Made by a program: the position numbers and the translations under genes
From: a virus
Length of the DNA: 64,000 bases
Strand: one strand, 5' to 3'
Virus record (IMG/VR): IMGVR_UViG_3300032080_000001
Location: 1 to 64,000 of that record
The notes under the pieces: generated by a model
Database searches by the model: none
Seen by the model: only the letters and a program-made list of their open reading frames with translations
What the model was told of the DNA's origin: nothing
Part shown: positions 1 to 8,546 of the stretch, piece by piece
Layout of the letters: every line of letters starts with the position of its first letter
Numbering within the stretch: the first letter of the stretch is position 1

Positions 1-124
1 ACCGGTAGTCGCGCGGCGCTTACCGACAAACGCTCTCCGGTGACGCTGTCTCTCCTGAAATCATACAGGGCAGGTCTGCACCGCACCGTTCGACGGGGCG
101 CCCGCGACACCAAATGTACACGTT

Positions 125-154
125 GGGCCTGTCAGCTTCGGTTGACAGGCCCTT
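125..154 (+). terminator. hairpin, probable intrinsic terminator overlapping a promoter
   Basis: GGGCCTGTCAGC-TTCG-GTTGACAGGCCC-TT; the 3' arm contains TTGACA (142-147), with TATATT at 166-171. Confidence 0.55.
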
Positions 155-213
155 CGTCGTACCGGTATATTACTGGTAGCCAACACAGTAGACTCAAGTC
201 GAAAGGACGCCCC

Positions 214-510
214 GTGTCGCTCCCGACCATCAACATCCTCACCGAGGTCAAGCACCTGATGCCCGACTCGCTCATGGTGCTGCGCGTCGGCAACCCCGGT
301 TCCTTGGACCCCGCTCAGATGCAGGCGCACCTCGTCCGCGTCCGCGATGCCGTCCGTGGCGCCCAGGAGAATGGGGACTTTCCGCAGGGGAAGTTCGTAA
401 TCATGCGGGACGACATCACCCTCGACGTACTGCCGGAGAAGCTGATGAACGACCTTGGGTGGTACCGTCAGTCGGACGCCGCCTGCCTAACCCCGAACCA
501 GACCCCGTAA
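214..510 (+). CDS. hypothetical protein
   Basis: ORF 40..510; GTG at 214 follows GAAAGGA and lies downstream of the hairpin/promoter, so the start was moved. Confidence 0.6.
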   Translation: MSLPTINILTEVKHLMPDSLMVLRVGNPGSLDPAQMQAHLVRVRDAVRGAQENGDFPQGKFVIMRDDITLDVLPEKLMNDLGWYRQSDAACLTPNQTP

Positions 511-513
511 AAC

Positions 514-1182
514 ATGGCGTTCGAGAAGCTGCGTGCCTCCCCGTGTTTCAAGGAGGCGCACGACAAGTTGGAAGCGGGTATCGCGGCCGAGAAGGTGGCC
601 GCCTGGGCGCAAGACGAGCGGAACTGCTACGACGGCATCAAGCGGGACTCCCTCGTCCGGGCGCTTTACCGCTACAAGAAGAGCGAGGTCCCCGTGACGG
701 CGGCGCAGATCGTCGCCTCAGCAGACCCGCATACCGGGAAGCCCGCGCTCACCGTCTGGAATCGTATCCAGGGCATGGAGCGCGGGCTGAACGAGCTGGA
801 GGAGCTGGAGAAGCTCTACATCCTCCAGCTCACGCGCATCAACCGAGGTGTGACCATCGAGGAGACCATCAACTTCACGAACAAGGATGTACGACGGGAC
901 GTGGAGTTGGCGAAGGACATCCTCACCACGATGACCGAACTCAAGATGAAGCTCGGCGTCTACAAGCAGGCCGACCACAACCTCAACATCACGGCGAGCG
1001 TCCAGAGTACGCACCACCAAGTCATCGAGAGTCTCGACCCCAGCTCTCGGAAGCAGTTGGGAGGGGTAGCCCGGACACTTCTGGAGCAGCTTACGAAGGC
1101 GCTGCCGCCCGCCGCTATTCCGGAAGGGATTCCGGCTGGGGGCAAGGTGGTGGAGGCGGACTACGAGCTGGTGGAGAAGTAG
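514..1182 (+). CDS. putative terminase small subunit
   Basis: 222-aa helical/coiled-coil protein upstream of the large terminase; call is mostly positional. Confidence 0.5.
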   Translation: MAFEKLRASPCFKEAHDKLEAGIAAEKVAAWAQDERNCYDGIKRDSLVRALYRYKKSEVPVTAAQIVASADPHTGKPALTVWNRIQGMERGLNELEELEKLYILQLTRINRGVTIEETINFTNKDVRRDVELAKDILTTMTELKMKLGVYKQADHNLNITASVQSTHHQVIESLDPSSRKQLGGVARTLLEQLTKALPPAAIPEGIPAGGKVVEADYELVEK

Positions 1183-1310
1183 TCCCAAAACTCGCGGGGT
1201 AAGGCCAAACTTCTCCCGCGCTGGCGGGAGTGATCGACCCCGTGCCCGCAGGGCCGGGTGATCGCGGCCAGCGGGAACCTCAAACGCCTGCGGGAGCAGC
1301 GGCGTCTCGT

Positions 1311-1564
1311 TGTTGTTTAGTACCTGTAGATTGATAGTATAGTACCTATATATTAAGCGGGCCTTGGCAACTCTCGCTGACCCGAAAGTAAAGTTGTCCT
1401 AACTACCGTCGTAGCGAAGGTTTACGTGAGTTTCGGTGAACAGAACGACCTGGCCGGAAAATCGGCCACCTCCCGATGACCTGGCCGGAAAATCGGCCAG
1501 GAAGAAAAACCGAAAGGGCCGGAAAATCGGCCACCTCCGACGCACCCGGCCGGGAGACCGGCCA
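1311..1564. other. candidate replication origin (AT-rich tract plus four 18-bp palindromic iterons)
   Basis: AT-rich 1311-1356; TGGCCGGAAAATCGGCCA-type repeats at 1451, 1482, 1516 and 1547; same motif occurs inside the initiator gene. Confidence 0.55.
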
Positions 1565-1584
1565 CCCCACAGGAACGACGACCG

Positions 1585-2091
1585 ATGGACAACACGCCGC
1601 GTATTTATCTCGGAGGCCCGATTCACGGCCTCACCCAGGACCAGGCAAACGGCTGGAGGCAGCAGGCCGCTCACCTCCTCGCCCCGGAGTTCGGGGTGCT
1701 CGACCCGATGGAGAACAAAGTCATCATCGGTACCGACTACTCGCACTACACCGACGAAGAGCTGGTCGTGAAGGACCTGCTCTCCATCCAGCGTGCACGG
1801 GCGGTGCTGCGCTACACGCCCGGCCCCACGCACGGGTCGGACATGGAGACTTTCTTCGCCTCCCACAACCACGGCATTCCCGTCGTGACCTGGGGCCCCG
1901 GCCAGGGCGACCGCAGCAAGTTGTCGCTGTGGCTTCGGCGGTTCACCGTCAAGAACTTCGAGACCCTCGAAGAGGCTGTGGCCTACCTCAAGGGGTACTG
2001 GACGTACCCCGGCGACGGCCTGGCCTCAGTACCCGTCATCGACCACCAGAATCTCGACCTGTTTCGCCCCGTACACCGCCTTGCGGCCTAA
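1585..2091 (+). CDS. nucleoside 2-deoxyribosyltransferase / nucleotide N-glycosidase-like protein
   Basis: IYLGGPI...WR...LDP...D...GSDME pattern of the NDT/RCL family. Confidence 0.75.
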   Translation: MDNTPRIYLGGPIHGLTQDQANGWRQQAAHLLAPEFGVLDPMENKVIIGTDYSHYTDEELVVKDLLSIQRARAVLRYTPGPTHGSDMETFFASHNHGIPVVTWGPGQGDRSKLSLWLRRFTVKNFETLEEAVAYLKGYWTYPGDGLASVPVIDHQNLDLFRPVHRLAA

Positions 2092-2106
2092 TCTGGAGAC
2101 ACGCAC

Positions 2107-2451
2107 ATGCCCCGTGGAGTGAAGAAGAAGGACCCGAACGCCCCGCTGCCGAGCACGCCCGAGGAGGCGCTGGCGGGCACCCCCACCGAGGACAAGGCCG
2201 AGGTGGCGCGCATCCTGGAGGCGAACGCCGCGCTCCAGGCGGAGCTGGCCGAGGCCAAGAAGGGAAGTGCTCACGCTGCCGCGCCCTCGGGTGCCGAGAC
2301 GCCTTCGTCCCATCCGGACGAGGAGGCGCTGGCTCCGTCTCTACAGGCCGTGATGGAGCGTATCCGCGCGTTCGGCCGCGACGGCTACCTGGGCCACCTG
2401 CGCGTGGCCGAGGCGGACCTGCGCCGCGTCATCGTGGACCTGTCCCGCTGA
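2107..2451 (+). CDS. hypothetical protein
   Basis: ATG after GGAGA; typical high-GC3 codon use. Confidence 0.65.
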   Translation: MPRGVKKKDPNAPLPSTPEEALAGTPTEDKAEVARILEANAALQAELAEAKKGSAHAAAPSGAETPSSHPDEEALAPSLQAVMERIRAFGRDGYLGHLRVAEADLRRVIVDLSR

Positions 2452-2551
2452 CGCGTGGGAGGATACCGGTACTTGACCAGTACGGTCCGTACCGGTATCT
2501 TACTCGTACGACGAGACACGACTACTACCCCTACGACGACCGGAAGACACG

Positions 2552-2971
2552 ATGCACCGAGACACCCAGCGCGCGCTCGCCCTCATCAACAACCAGGGCA
2601 TCACGGAGCAGATGGCGAAGCGCCTCAACAGCCCCGTGCTGTACCGCGACCTGCCGAAGCAGCTCGCCGCCGCGAACGAGCCCGTGCGCCGGATGGTTTC
2701 GGCCATCGCCACGAACCTGACGCGCACCGACCTGTCGGTCGCCGCCTTCGTGGAGCTTCTCATCGAGAAGGGCGTGTTCACCCAGGACGAGTTCAACAAC
2801 AAGGAGGTCGAGGTGACGCAGCGCTTCGCGGAGGCCATGAGCCTCGCCCAGGAGCAGGCACAGGAGGAGGCCGGGGACAAGAAGGTCGAGCGCCTCGTGG
2901 AGCCCGTGGGGGTGCTGACCGAGGCGCCGGAGTCCGAGAGTGTCCCCCGGAGCCGCCTCGTGGAGGGATGA
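2552..2971 (+). CDS. hypothetical protein
   Basis: clean ORF following a TACCGGTA-containing gap. Confidence 0.65.
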   Translation: MHRDTQRALALINNQGITEQMAKRLNSPVLYRDLPKQLAAANEPVRRMVSAIATNLTRTDLSVAAFVELLIEKGVFTQDEFNNKEVEVTQRFAEAMSLAQEQAQEEAGDKKVERLVEPVGVLTEAPESESVPRSRLVEG

Positions 2972-3165
2972 TGCACTCTGCGATGGTCTATGTCGTGGGT
3001 GTGCTCCACGACACCACCTGGACCGTCGAGGGCGTCTACACGGACCCGAGAGAGGCCGAGGGCATGTGCCTGACGGCCTCTCACTTCGTTGGCCCGGTGT
3101 CGCTGAACACGCCGCTCCCCGAGAGCGTGCACGACTGGCCCGACCTGCTCTTCCCCGTTCCGTGA
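2968..3165 (+). CDS. small hypothetical protein
   Basis: ATGA overlap with the previous gene, GGAGG upstream; C-terminal part of ORF 2455..3165. Confidence 0.55.
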   Translation: MMHSAMVYVVGVLHDTTWTVEGVYTDPREAEGMCLTASHFVGPVSLNTPLPESVHDWPDLLFPVP

Positions 3166-3166
3166 C

Positions 3167-5212
3167 ATGACCCTCGACAGGCAGCTGGTAGGGCTACTGG
3201 ATGAGTTGCGCCGGAAGCTCGACCCCGTGGCACAGAAGCACCTCGAAGACCTCGTCAAGTTGACCTCCGGCCAGCCTGACGAGCTTTTGGCGTTGCTCCG
3301 AGACCTGGCGTCGTTCGACTTCAAGTGGACGCCGGTGGGCATGGAGGAATTCGTCCTCTCGCCGGAGTACATGGGGCTCGACGGCACGCGTGGTCGCATC
3401 TTCCCCCGCCTGCTGGACGACCTCATCGAGTTGTTCGAGGACCCTCTCGGCTACGAGCAGGCTGTGATGATGGGCGGCATCGGGTGGGGCAAGTCCACGC
3501 TCTCCGAAGTTGCCCTCTCCCGGATGGTTTACGAGACCTCCTGCCTTGTGAACCCACAGAAGGCGTACGGCCTCATGGACGGGTCCACCATCGCGTTCAT
3601 CAACGCGTCGGTGAACTTGAAGCAGGCCGAGAAGGTGGTGTTCGAGGGTCTCAAGAACAAGCTCGGCGCCAGTCCTTACTTCAAGGAAAAATTTCCCTTC
3701 GAGAAGGACCTCAAGAAGGAGATGCGCTTCCCCGGTAACCTGCTCATCATGCCTGTGGCGGGCTCGGAGCAGGGCACCGTAGGGTACAACGTGCTCGGCG
3801 GTGTACTGGACGAGGTGAACTTCTGGCAGATTACCGAGAAGTCGAAGCAGAACCGGGGACAGGAGTTCGACCAGGCGCGGCACGTCTACGACATGCTCAT
3901 CCGCCGTATGCAGTCCCGCTTCAACGTGGCCGGTAAGCTGCCCGGCGTGCTGCTCCAGGTCTCGTCGTCTAAATACCCGGACGATTTTACCGAGGAGCGT
4001 GCGCGTGAGGTGGAGCAGGCGATGGCCGACCACCTTGCGGACCCGAAGACGAACGCGCACCCGAAGACGCTGGTGCGCCGGTACTCGACGTGGTCCACGA
4101 AGGACCGCGCGGTGTTCCTGCCCGAGGAGTTCTACCTGTACCGGGGCACGACTTCCGACAAGCCCGCCATCTCCACGAATCGCGATGACTTCGCGGACAA
4201 GGACCCGGAGATGGTGGTGCCGGTGCCGATGGACTTCTACGCGTCATTCAAGCAGGACATCCTCGGGTCACTGCGCGACCTGGGGGGGTTCCCGACGCTC
4301 TCCATTGCCCCGTTCTTCACACAGAAGGACCGGCTGATGGAGGCCATTGAGCGCGGGCGGCGAGCGGGGTTGGTGCACCCGTATACGCTGGATGAGACGA
4401 CGCTCGAAGACGGCGCGTACTTTCTTCGAGAGCGCGTTAAGTTCGACCCGACGAAGTGGTACTACGCGCACGTGGACTTGGCGCTGACGAAGGACCGGGC
4501 GGGCGTGGCCGTCGCCCACGTCGCCGGGTGGAAGGAAGTGCAGCGCGTACGAAACAACGTGCTGGTGACGGAGATGGAACCCATCGTTGTGGTGGACTTC
4601 ATGCTCCGCATCACGCCGCCGGAGCAGGGCGAAATCCAAGTGGCCGAGGTGCGTGCGCTGCTCCTCGAACTGCGCTCGTACGGCTGCAACCTGCGTAAGG
4701 TCACGTACGACCAGTACCAGTCAGCCGAGTCGCGCCAGGCGTTCGAGCGCATGGGCATCGAATCCGACAAGTTCTCGGTCGATACCACGATGGACGCGTA
4801 CCACGCGCTGGCCGAGGCCATCCTGGAGGGTCGCCTCGTCATGTATGATTACGCGCCGTTCGTGGAGGAGTTCGTTCGGCTGGAGAGGAAGACGACCGGG
4901 CGGGGCGAGAAGGTGGACCACCCGCCGAAGGGCTCGAAGGACGTGTCCGATGCCGCTGCGGGTGCCGTCTATCACGCCACGATGGCGCGCCACACCGCGC
5001 AGTTGGACCCGAGCCTGGGCGAGACGACAGACTCCCCGGTGGTGGCTGGCGTGACGCTGTGGGCAACGAAGGACGGACGCACCCTCGAACCCACCGTGGA
5101 CACGGCGGGTCGGCTGCTCCCCGGTAAGAAGCTCCGCACGTTGGACGACGTGATGTGGGGCGAGGTGGCGGAGGATGAGGGGGACGAGGACTTCGTCGTT
5201 GGCTTTGCTTGA
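3167..5212 (+). CDS. terL: terminase large subunit
   Basis: Walker A GIGWGKST, Walker B GVLDE, nuclease motifs HVDLA, YDQYQS and KDVSDA; directly before the portal. Confidence 0.9.
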   Translation: MTLDRQLVGLLDELRRKLDPVAQKHLEDLVKLTSGQPDELLALLRDLASFDFKWTPVGMEEFVLSPEYMGLDGTRGRIFPRLLDDLIELFEDPLGYEQAVMMGGIGWGKSTLSEVALSRMVYETSCLVNPQKAYGLMDGSTIAFINASVNLKQAEKVVFEGLKNKLGASPYFKEKFPFEKDLKKEMRFPGNLLIMPVAGSEQGTVGYNVLGGVLDEVNFWQITEKSKQNRGQEFDQARHVYDMLIRRMQSRFNVAGKLPGVLLQVSSSKYPDDFTEERAREVEQAMADHLADPKTNAHPKTLVRRYSTWSTKDRAVFLPEEFYLYRGTTSDKPAISTNRDDFADKDPEMVVPVPMDFYASFKQDILGSLRDLGGFPTLSIAPFFTQKDRLMEAIERGRRAGLVHPYTLDETTLEDGAYFLRERVKFDPTKWYYAHVDLALTKDRAGVAVAHVAGWKEVQRVRNNVLVTEMEPIVVVDFMLRITPPEQGEIQVAEVRALLLELRSYGCNLRKVTYDQYQSAESRQAFERMGIESDKFSVDTTMDAYHALAEAILEGRLVMYDYAPFVEEFVRLERKTTGRGEKVDHPPKGSKDVSDAAAGAVYHATMARHTAQLDPSLGETTDSPVVAGVTLWATKDGRTLEPTVDTAGRLLPGKKLRTLDDVMWGEVAEDEGDEDFVVGFA

Positions 5213-5231
5213 CCGTACCGGTAGCCTACCG

Positions 5232-5260
5232 TTGCGCTACCGGTTGAGTCTGCTTATCTT
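5232..5260 (+). promoter_or_regulatory. promoter TTGCGC-17-TATCTT with phased TACCGG boxes
   Basis: boxes at 5216, 5227 and 5238 (11-bp period). Confidence 0.55.
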
Positions 5261-5293
5261 TACCGGACTCGGAACCCGAACGATGGAACGCCT

Positions 5294-6853
5294 GTGAACC
5301 TCATTCTGGAGAATCTCCTTGACCGCGTAACGTCGCGCTGGCGCGTGGCGAACCCGGTCGTGCCCGCGAGCCAGACCACCGAGGTCCGGCCCGAGGGCGA
5401 CGACCTGGAGAAGGACCTCCCGCTCGGGTTCGACAACGGGGCGTGGGGCTACTACGTCAGGATGATGAAGCTCGTCCGGTCGCGCCGGGAGCTGTACGCG
5501 ACCTACGACGAGATGGACGAGGAACTCCCCGAGTTCTCTTCGGCCATGAACATCTACGCCGACAATGCCACGCGCGGTGACTCGGACGGGTCCGTGCGGC
5601 TCACGCTCAAGAGCGAAGACGCGCGCGTACAGAAAATCCTCACCGACACGCGCGACCTCCTGCGGCTGGAGGACAAGCTCTGGCCGCTGGCGCGCGACCT
5701 GGCGAAGTACGGCGAGCGGGCGGTCGAGAACATCGTTCACGAGGACACGTTCGACATCATCCGCCTCAAGCCGCTGCCGACCTCGCACATCATCGAGCGG
5801 TACGACGAGTACGGGCGCCCGATGGACCCACCCTTCGCCCAGCTGGACGACAAGGGCGAGCAGGTGGCGACGTTCGAGGACTGGCAGGTCATCTACTTCG
5901 CCAACAAGAAGAGCCTCTCGGACACCTTCGGTACCAGCCTCGCGCGCGCGGCCATCCGCGCGTGGCAGCAGTTGCGGATGATGGAGGACGCCGTCGTGAT
6001 CGCCCGGCTGACTCGGGCGCACAACCGTCTGGCGTACCTGGTGGACACCGGCTCCCTCACCCCGCAGGAGGCGCAGAAGCACCTCCAGAAGGTGAAGGCC
6101 CATCTCTCGAAGCGCCGCACCATCGACCCGAAGACCGGGAAGATGGACACGTCCTACAACCCCATGCAGGTTGAGGCGGACGTGTTCGTGGCGACGAACA
6201 AGGAGTCGAAGGCTGACGTGAAGGTGCTCCAGGGCGACCTGACGGTCGGCAACCTGGCGGACCTGGAGTACTTCCAGCAGAAAATCTTCACCGCGCTCCA
6301 GGTACCGAAGCCGTACCTGGCTCACGAGAAGGACACGCGGACGAAGAGCGTCGTCACCGCGCAGGACATCCAGTTCGCGCGGTCGGTGCGGCGCATCCAG
6401 CAGGTGATGGCCGAGGGGCTGCGCAAGCTGTTCGACTTCGCCCTCCTGCTCAAGGGCATCAACCCGAGGAAGGTGCAGTATACCATCGGGTTCCCTGTCA
6501 TCAGCATCGTGGACGACCTGCGCGTGTGGCAGACCGAGCAGTTGAAGATGCTCGTCGCGCAGATGATGAAGCAGAACTTCTGGCCTTCCGACGAGTGGAT
6601 TTTCATCCATCTACTCGGGTACGACAGCGACGAGGCCAAGCTGGTGCTGCGCGACCAAAAGAAGCCCGACGAGTTCAACGGGCTGTACCAGGCGCCCAAG
6701 GTGGGCGCAACCGCCAACAATGCGAAGACCGGCGAGACGGAATCGGTGGAGTTCGCGGCGCGGTTGGCCGCGCTGGACGAGGGCCAGCGCGAGCAGGTGG
6801 CCGAGGCCATCGAGACGCTGCGGCTCATCACTGACTGGAAGCTGGCTGCGTAA
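5294..6853 (+). CDS. portal protein (T4 gp20-like)
   Basis: QLRMMEDAVVIARLTRA...YLVDTGSL and DLEYFQQKIFTALQVP resemble T4 gp20-family motifs. Confidence 0.9.
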   Translation: MNLILENLLDRVTSRWRVANPVVPASQTTEVRPEGDDLEKDLPLGFDNGAWGYYVRMMKLVRSRRELYATYDEMDEELPEFSSAMNIYADNATRGDSDGSVRLTLKSEDARVQKILTDTRDLLRLEDKLWPLARDLAKYGERAVENIVHEDTFDIIRLKPLPTSHIIERYDEYGRPMDPPFAQLDDKGEQVATFEDWQVIYFANKKSLSDTFGTSLARAAIRAWQQLRMMEDAVVIARLTRAHNRLAYLVDTGSLTPQEAQKHLQKVKAHLSKRRTIDPKTGKMDTSYNPMQVEADVFVATNKESKADVKVLQGDLTVGNLADLEYFQQKIFTALQVPKPYLAHEKDTRTKSVVTAQDIQFARSVRRIQQVMAEGLRKLFDFALLLKGINPRKVQYTIGFPVISIVDDLRVWQTEQLKMLVAQMMKQNFWPSDEWIFIHLLGYDSDEAKLVLRDQKKPDEFNGLYQAPKVGATANNAKTGETESVEFAARLAALDEGQREQVAEAIETLRLITDWKLAA

Positions 6854-6864
6854 GAAAGGGACTC

Positions 6865-8418
6865 ATGGCAATCAAGTGGACGAAGTGCCTGGAGCGCGAG
6901 GTCATTCGCCTCAAGGAGGACGAGGGGATGTCGTGGGACGAGGTGGCGGACGCCCTCGGCTTCGACACCAAGCACCAGGCCCGCATCCGCTACAACCGCC
7001 TCAAGGGCGGGCACGCGTTCGACGTGCCCGAGGGTGAGTGCGGCAACACCGGCGCCCCGCAGGAGGCCCTGAGCAGCACGGCGGCCGAGGCGGAGGACAT
7101 GACCTACGAAATCCAGGCGGCGTTCATCCAGAACGACTACTCGTTCGACGGGGAGACGTACCACTTCCCCGTGGCGAACAAGGTGGTGAAGGTGCCGCGC
7201 GAGACCTGGGAGCGTATCATCGCCTTGTACTCGGGCGAGGGCGCGAACGAGGTGCAGGCGGCCATCGCGCGCACCATCGGGATGCACAAGAAGGTGCTGG
7301 AGGCGTGCCTCCGCGCCTACGGCATGTACAAAACGAACGCCCCAGTGACGCGCGAAGCCCTGGCGGAGGCGCGGACGGAGCAGGACCTGGAGCCGCTGTA
7401 CGAGAAGGCCATCGAGGTCCGCGAGGGGCAGTTCATCAAGCGCCTGAACGAGCGGAAGCTGCGGCGCTTGGAGTCGGAGAACCGCCGCCTGAACGAGCGG
7501 ATGGCCGACCACGAGGGGCTCAAGGGCGAACTGCGCGACACCGTGGCCGCTCTCGTGGCCGACTTCCCAGCGTTCTCCCCGCTGGTGCGCGTGGAGCGCG
7601 AGCCCGGCAGCACCGTGCTCGCGATGAAGTTCGACGCCCACTTCGGCATGAACCACTTCGGGGGCTGGGGCGGCCGGTTCACGACGGACACCGCCGCGCG
7701 CTATTTCCGGCAGTACGTCGCGGAGCTGGTGGCGTACCTGGAGGAGAATCCCGCCGTCAGCAACGCGGTGCTGGTGCTGGGCGGTGATATCTTCCACGCC
7801 ATGCTCCAGCAGACGAAGAAGGGCACGCCCCTGGAGCGAGACCGGCCCGACCGGCTGGTGTTCCGCGCGGCCTTCGCCGCCATCCGCGACGGCGTACGCG
7901 CCCTGCTGCGCACCGGCGCGCGGGTGGACCTGCGGGTCATTCCCGGAAACCACGACCACATCTTCGCGGAACTGCTGGAGGAGACGCTGGCGGCACACTT
8001 CGACGGCGTGCCCGGCGTGACCGTGCCGAACGAGTGGGCGAAGCGTAAGTACGTGGTCGTCGGGGACGCAATGCACGTCTTCGACCACGGCGAGGGCTTC
8101 GAGCGCCTGGCCTGGCAGCAGTTTTCGCAGGCGGAACTCATCGCCCGCATGACCGGCCGTCGCGACTTCTTCCGCGTGCAGCGCATCTACCTCTATGTGG
8201 GGCACACCCACCACCTGGAGATGAAGGCGCACGCCGCCCATCTCGAAATCGTGCGCGTGCCCCACGCGGCGCATACGAACGAGTACGAGGAGGGCAAGAT
8301 GCACGCGGGCGAGCCGCAGGGCGTTTTCTTCCGACTCGACGCGGCCGGTCGTATGAAGACGATGGAGCGCGTGTACTTCGCGGACGACGCGGAGGACGAG
8401 GGCGCCCTGGCGGCGTGA
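6865..8418 (+). CDS. calcineurin-like metallophosphoesterase with N-terminal HTH
   Basis: DAHFG, GGDIFH, GNHD, HG and GHTH motifs; N-terminal MSWDEVADALG helix-turn-helix. Confidence 0.8.
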   Translation: MAIKWTKCLEREVIRLKEDEGMSWDEVADALGFDTKHQARIRYNRLKGGHAFDVPEGECGNTGAPQEALSSTAAEAEDMTYEIQAAFIQNDYSFDGETYHFPVANKVVKVPRETWERIIALYSGEGANEVQAAIARTIGMHKKVLEACLRAYGMYKTNAPVTREALAEARTEQDLEPLYEKAIEVREGQFIKRLNERKLRRLESENRRLNERMADHEGLKGELRDTVAALVADFPAFSPLVRVEREPGSTVLAMKFDAHFGMNHFGGWGGRFTTDTAARYFRQYVAELVAYLEENPAVSNAVLVLGGDIFHAMLQQTKKGTPLERDRPDRLVFRAAFAAIRDGVRALLRTGARVDLRVIPGNHDHIFAELLEETLAAHFDGVPGVTVPNEWAKRKYVVVGDAMHVFDHGEGFERLAWQQFSQAELIARMTGRRDFFRVQRIYLYVGHTHHLEMKAHAAHLEIVRVPHAAHTNEYEEGKMHAGEPQGVFFRLDAAGRMKTMERVYFADDAEDEGALAA

Positions 8419-8422
8419 CCCC

Positions 8423-8496
8423 TTGCGCGTCGATTCTTATACCGGTAGATTACTCTTAGAGTACCCTTGACAGGTTCGTACGAAGTCGTGTAACTT
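8423..8496 (+). promoter_or_regulatory. tandem promoters of the head operon
   Basis: TTGCGC(8423)-17-TAGATT(8446) and TTGACA(8467)-18-TAACTT(8491); contains TACCGGTA (8440) and TTCGTACGAA (8475). Confidence 0.6.
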
Positions 8497-8546
8497 TGTC
8501 GAGGGCTACCGGTACAGTACCCACACCCTACCGGCTGGAGACGGAC

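Noticed and set aside
1451-1564. Regularly spaced palindromic repeats as a CRISPR mini-array
   Set aside because: Repeats are 18 bp and spacers only 13-16 bp; the same motif inside the initiator gene points to iterons
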